Below the pieces are notes generated by a model, which ran no database searches, had not been told where the DNA came from, and saw only the letters and a list, made by a program, of their open reading frames with translations. A stretch of 64,000 nt of DNA from Azolla caroliniana (lineage: Eukaryota > Plantae > Polypodiophyta): positions 17,298,001-17,362,000 of the forward strand of contig JBHGNT010000002.1 of assembly GCA_043228905.1 (NCBI GenBank). Reading direction: 5' to 3'. Position numbers and translations under genes: made by a program. Shown here piece after piece: positions 58,501-64,000 of this stretch (its first letter is position 1; the number at the start of each line of letters is the position of its first letter).

Positions 58501-61500
58501 TTGGGCAAGAAAAGACAAGGGCGGAAGTGCGACTTCGAGCGTGCGGAGTTCTCGGCCCGGACGAGGAAATCAGCGGAGCCGTGGAGGCGGTCTCCTTCGA
58601 CGACACCTTGGGGATGCTGAGGAAGGTTGCCGGAGAAGACCTTAACGAAGACCGGACGATACTGGTATGTTCCGAAGAGATGTACGAAGTCATCGCGAAC
58701 TTCAGTCAGGGGCTCGGGTCGGATCGGATGGCCCGAGTTAGCGCAAAGTACAAGACTGTGGACCGGAAGGTAAGGCCAGTCGCGGCACCCTTACCGGAGG
58801 GCAGCGAGTCCCGGATCAGAGGGGTTGCGTCGGACCCCAGTTTACGAGATCCGGCCTGCATAGGACACACCTTCACCGACGGGATGCTCCGGGAGCTCAA
58901 AATCGGTGGGGCCGGGTTCCTACTGCCGGCAGAGGAAGACCGGTTTCGGAGGATGCTCGGAAGGCATGGGAAAGCCTTCGCATTCTCACCGGAAGAGATC
59001 GGGTGCGTAGACCCGACGATCGTGGAGCCGATGGTGATATTCACGGTACCGCATGTGCCATGGAATCTCAAGCCGATTCCAGTACCAAGAGCTCACATCC
59101 CGAAGTTGATGGAGCTATTGAGGCAGAAAGTAGATATGGGCATTCTTGAACCGTCGAGTGCCCCATACTCGAACCGATGGTTTACCGTGCCGAAGAAAAA
59201 CGGAACATTGCGCTTCATTCAAGACCTGCAGCCGGTCAACAGAGTGACCATTCGGAATGCAGGAATCGGACCGACCATAGACGAGTTCGCGGAGGCCTTC
59301 GCCGGAAGGTCGATTTACTCGGTCGGTGATCTGTACTCGGGGTACGACCAGTTCCAGCTAGCCGTGGAGAGCAGAGATATTACGACGATGTGAACTCCCC
59401 TCGGCCTAGTGCGAATGTGTACCCTGCCACAAGGAGGGACTAACTCGGTGGCCCACATGGTGAATGCAATGAACAAGGTACTGAGGGATTGCATCCCGGA
59501 CATCACCATGCCATTTCTGGACGACATCCCGATTAAGGGGTGCTCGGTGGAAGAGAAGGACGAGACAGTCGGGCCGGACGGATCCCGGCGATTCGTGGCA
59601 ACACACATCGACGACTGCGAGAAGGTGCTACAAAAGCTAGAGGATGCGAGGCTCACCTTCTCCGGGGAAAAATTGGCCTTCGGGCAATCGGAAATCCTGG
59701 TGGTCGGACACCTATGTGGACCATATGGACGGAAGCCCTCTCCGGCAAAGGTAGAAGCCATCTCCGCGATGAAGACCGACTGTAGCTCGGTTACGGAAGT
59801 TCGGAGGTTCCTGGGGGCATGCGCGTTCTACCACATATGGATCCCTCATTACGCCAACGTTGCGGAGCCACTATACAAGTTGCTGAAGAAAGGGCGAAAA
59901 TTCGAGTGGCGAGACGAGCACACGGAGTCGGTCCGAAAGCTGAAGGAAGCTCTTGCGCCCCTGACCGGCGCTCCGGAAGGCTGTCTACGGGAAGGGTACC
60001 CCGGTATACATAACAGTAGATACGAGTCCGACCGGGATCGGATGGGTTGTCAACCAAGAAGACAAGGACGGCATTCGGTTCCCGATCCGATTCGGCGCGA
60101 AGGTCCTCAGTGAGCGACAGCGAGGCTACGCCCAGGTTAAGCGCGAACTCTGGGGTATCGTTTCAGCAGTAAAGGCCGACAAGGACTACCTGATCGGGAC
60201 AGAAGTGGTTATCGAGACGGATTTCCTGCCGATTCTCGGCATGGTTTCCGGATGCGCGACACCGGACCTAGCGATGCTCCGGTGGATAGCGTACATCAAG
60301 TCCCTGGACCCGGAAATACGAAACATTTCCAGAAAGGACAACGCCATGGCCGACATGCTTTCGTGGGCGAGGTTTGATGACGAGGGCGACATGGTTTCGG
60401 AGGACGAAGAAGTCGGCGTGGACTTCTTCGAGGCAGCATACGTAACGGCCGATGGGACGAGCACTCCGGCACTTAACGACTTCGACAAGAGCAAGTACGA
60501 CGGCGAGTGGCTCCAAATCGGTGGGTTTTTGAGGACGATGACGCCGGATGCGTCGTGGACGAGGGACGAGGCAAACCAGATCCGGAAGAAAGCATACCGA
60601 TTCTTTCTCCGGGACGGATACTTATGGAAGCACCCGAAGAAGAGGAACGGCGTCCCGCTCCGGGTGGTAGTGATGAAGGAAGAACAGGAGGAGCTGTTGA
60701 CGGCCTACCACGACAACCCTTGGGCTGGACACCGTGGAACGTGGGCCACGTTCGAGAAGATAAAGGGGAAGTACTGGTGGCCGGGGCTGTACCGGGACGT
60801 GCATCGGTTCGTGACAACTTGCGAGAGCTGTCAGATACACTCCATAGTCCGACATCGGGACGAGCTTCACCCTACGTACCCTCCGACCATCCACTTCAAA
60901 TGGATGGTAGATCTGGTGACGATGCTAATGGGAGCCGGACAGATGTGGTATCTGGTCCTGGCTCGGGAAGATCTGACGAACCAGGTGGAAGGCCGAGCCC
61001 TTCAGAACAAAACGACCACGGCCGTATGTCGGTTCCTGATCGAAGACGTGATATGCCGGTACGGGTGCGTCGGGAAGATTGTGGCCGATCGCGGGGAGTT
61101 GGACGCCGAAGAGGCCGAGGAGCTGTTCGACCGGTTAGGAGTCAAGCTCTCGCTTACCACTGCATACAATCCGGAGGCGAATGGGAAGGTGGAGCGCGGA
61201 CACGGACCGATCGTCAAGGCGTTGGTTCGGGCATGCGGAGGTCAAGTCCGGAACTGGCCGCGGCTGTTGCCTTACGCGTTGTGGGCGGACCGAACTATGC
61301 ACAGTTCGGTAACCGGATTCATGCCAGCAGAGCTGATGTTTGGGCAGAAGCCGATCATGCCGATGGAACGCACGATCTCCTCTTGGGCAACCGTGGACTG
61401 GAGAGACGAGATGAGCCGGGAGGAACTGTTGGCGGCGCGCATACGACAGCTCGAGCGAAGACCGGAGGACGTGGAGCAGGCCGCGGGAAAGCTTCGAGTG

Positions 61501-62560
61501 GCAAGGACGAGGAACAAAGCCCGGTTCGACCGAACGCACCGACTCCGACCGAAGAGGATCGAGGAAGGCGACTGGGTGCTAGTCTACGACAGCAGCCTCG
61601 ACAACCAGCACCGAGCGACACGGAAGCTCGCAAGAAGGTGGTTCGGGCCTTACGTGGTACAAAGCGCCAACGACAATGGGACGTACCATCTGGCGGAACT
61701 CGACGGTACGAGAATGGCGATACCGGTAGCTGGGAAGCGGATCAAAGCATTCAAGAAGCGTCACGACGACGAGCCGGAGCCGGTTGACCTGGACCGCGAC
61801 GACGAGCAATCCGAAACCGAGGAGGAACCGACTGGCGGAGAATGAAGGCTGGACCGGTTTCCTCCGTCCCAACACAATTTGGCACATGCCGGTGGATGCG
61901 TGGTTAGGTGGGGGGCGGATGTCGTGAAGAAAACCGTCCACAAGCGGAATCGGTGTACCGGAGCGTAGGAACCGACTCTTCATGCACGTGCGCCTTATGT
62001 AGTACATAGGAGATCCTAGGTAGATTCGGTAGGTAGGAAGTAAAGGGGAAACGACTCCTTCCTTGCCTATAAAAGGAGGGAGACGAGGAGGGCCGAGGGA
62101 TCGCGGAGAGTCGAGGACGAAGTGCTGTCGGTTTGCGTGCGAAGGCTTCTCTCTCTCTCTCCGGTTCGCAAACTCCATAGCTTCCTTCTGTGCAGGTTTC
62201 GGGAGGCTCACGCTGCTCTGAGGAATGCCCGAGTGCTTCCGGCAGCACCTCCAACCTGCTCCTGTCTTTCTGTGCGTTTACGAACAGGCATCGGCATCTG
62301 TTCGCCGGCCTGTTCGGCTTTAACCAACTTCGTGTTGTTTTTTTTTGTTGCTTCGTGTACTTGCTGTTGTCTTTGTTAATACATACATACCTTCGTGTCT
62401 CTCTGTGTCGCTGTCCCACTCGCGTCTTTGCTTCGAAGGGCCGTGTCCCTGTGAATCTATGCTCCCACGTAGTGGGTCTCTTCTCTTTCTCTCTTGCTCT
62501 TCGGTACAGGACCCCCGAGGTCCCGCCTCACTCCATGCATCCGCGAGGAATACCTCGACA
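55570..62560 (+). mobile_element. Gypsy element F (tRNA-Trp-primed, 4-bp TSD), full length but defective
   Basis: 641-bp LTRs 55570-56210 and 61920-62560. TSD ACGT. PBS tggtgaacccgacgtgaa 56215-56232 (complement of the plant tRNA-Trp 3' end). PPT before 61920. gag-PR 56255-58380, then RT-RH-INT to 61845, with stops and frameshifts. Confidence 0.95.
58371..58437 (+). promoter_or_regulatory. Putative -1 ribosomal frameshift signal (G GAT TTT, spacer, stem/pseudoknot); homologues at 44532-44594 (+) and ~28011-28077 (-)
   Basis: gag-PR stops right after the heptamer. pol is open in the -1 frame through it. The downstream stem shows compensatory changes between F and G. Confidence 0.75.
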
Positions 62561-64000
62561 ACGTAATGATGTTGGCTGATCAATATGCTTTCGGGTGTAC
62601 GGATCACTTCAATCCTGAGGAAGTAATGAAGGTCCCCCAGATCCTTCATGTCGAACGATGCCGCAAGCTGGAGCTTCACGCGGTCAATTTCACCTAGGTT
62701 AGCGCCGGTGATGACCAAGTCATCAACATATAATAAAATACTAACCGGTCCGAGTCGACCTTTTCGGATGAACAGGGAAGAGTCCGATTTTGACGTGACG
62801 AAGCCCATCCGACGCAGTTGTTGCGTGATCTTCGCGTTCCAGGCACGGGGGGCTTGCTTCAGTCCGTAAAGGGACTTCTTCAGTCGGCATACTGCCGAGG
62901 AGTTCGTTCCAGAGTGAAATCTGGGGGGCTATACCATGTACACCTGTTCCTCAAGGTCACCTTGCAGGAACGCATTCTTTACATCGATTTGATGTAAGTG
63001 CCACCCCTTCACCGCAGCTACTGCGAGCAAAACACGGACGATCGTCATTTTCGCGACCGGCGCAAACGTCTCATCGTAGTCGATGTCGTGTTTCTACGCA
63101 TAGCCCTTTGCCACTAGCCGAGCCTTGTACCGGTTGACCGAGCCATCCGTGTTGTACTTGACCTTGTACACCCACCTACACCCGATCGGTTTTACCCTTG
63201 TTGGTGCGTCAACCAGGTCCCAGGTCTCGTTCTCCGCCAATGCGTGCATCTCTTCCTCCATCGCGGCACGCCAATTCACGTCTTTAGTCGCTTCTACGTA
63301 GCTCTCCGGCTCACGCACTTCCGCTACACGGGTCATGTACGCATAATGATGCGTCATGTACTCGTTGTATTCGAACCGCAAAACAAGATTCTTCTAGCGG
63401 GTAGATCGGCGTAATCTCGCATTAGCCGATGTCGAGGCCTTCTTGGTCGACGCGGACTTCACCTTTAAGGACCCGTCACCGATTCCCTCGGAGTCAGACT
63501 CGCGTCGGTCAGACTCGTTCCTATCCGTGCCGGAATCCGACACCTTCTTCTTCCCTTTCTCTTTGCGTGTAAGCCATCTTCTCGGCTTCCTGCGCGGGGA
63601 ATGCACGACCGAGTCTCCACTACTCCCCGGCTCTTCATTGGACTGATCGTACCGACTCAGTCGTCCAATCGGTCCACTTAAACGGAGTGAAATCGGACTC
63701 TCTTCGCGGGTCTCGATTTCGGGCTCATCCGGAGGCATCTCGGCCTCGCTAACCTCATCGTCAGAACTCAGATTGGAGTCGGGATTCGGAGTCGGGGGCA
63801 GGTACCAGGACGCGGACTCGTCAAACACAACGTCGCGGCTAACACGCGCTTGTTTGGTGCCAGGGTTATAGCACTTATAACCCTTCTGCTCGTCCGAGTA
63901 ACTGACCAAGATGCATTTCTCGGCCTTTGCGTCCAGCTTCCTCCTTTTCTCCTTCGGTACATGCACATACACAATGCTACCGAAGTGTCACAAGTTCGGC

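Larger units (their letters stand above)
39937..64000 (-). mobile_element. Ty1/copia element I (same LTR family as D), extends beyond the window; own sequence is 39937-41117, 49419-49963, 55523-55569 and 62561-64000
   Basis: 3' LTR 39937-40393 is the reverse complement of the D LTR. PPT 40394-40404. RNase H (IYCDNLSSI, HIEVHYHFVRE, ADIFTKPL), RT ([15 protein letters not shown]) and INT C-terminus (RRKLDAKAEKCILV). Confidence 0.92.

Noticed and set aside
60507-61787. 426-aa alternative-frame ORF overlapping the integrase of F
   Set aside because: It is R/G/A-rich with no motif, broken in sister E and not seen in the AT-richer G; best explained by GC-rich codon bias.

Overview
Eukaryotic plant DNA, probably from a non-seed vascular plant such as a fern (inferred from the PPR style and the retroelement lineages). 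The first ~6.5 kb holds two convergent, apparently intronless host genes: a PLS-E class PPR protein (+) and a RAP2.4/WIND-like AP2/ERF factor (-) with an ABRE+CE3-like promoter. From 10.3 kb to the end is a deeply nested retroelement cluster, mostly resolvable by target-site duplications (TSDs). Nest 1 (10341-31578): gypsy A contains chromovirus B, which contains copia C and copia D, and D contains gypsy E. Nest 2 (32294-64000): LTR L, then copia H, then RTEX-like LINE R, which contains bipartite insert K and copia I, and I contains gypsy G, copia J and gypsy F. Most unusual signals: (1) two TSD-flanked insertions whose two outer ends are both U3-type ends, one (K) made of two unrelated LTRs with facing primer-binding sites (PBSs); (2) a conserved GGATTTT -1 frameshift site with a covarying stem and candidate pseudoknot placed after the protease in tRNA-Trp-primed gypsy elements; (3) antisense tRNA-like Pol III A/B boxes in U3 of two unrelated gypsy LTRs; (4) a Tf1-like self-priming signature in B; (5) a ~167-codon in-frame extension after RNase H of copia I. 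Everything was read by eye, no searches were run, so lineage names are inferences.
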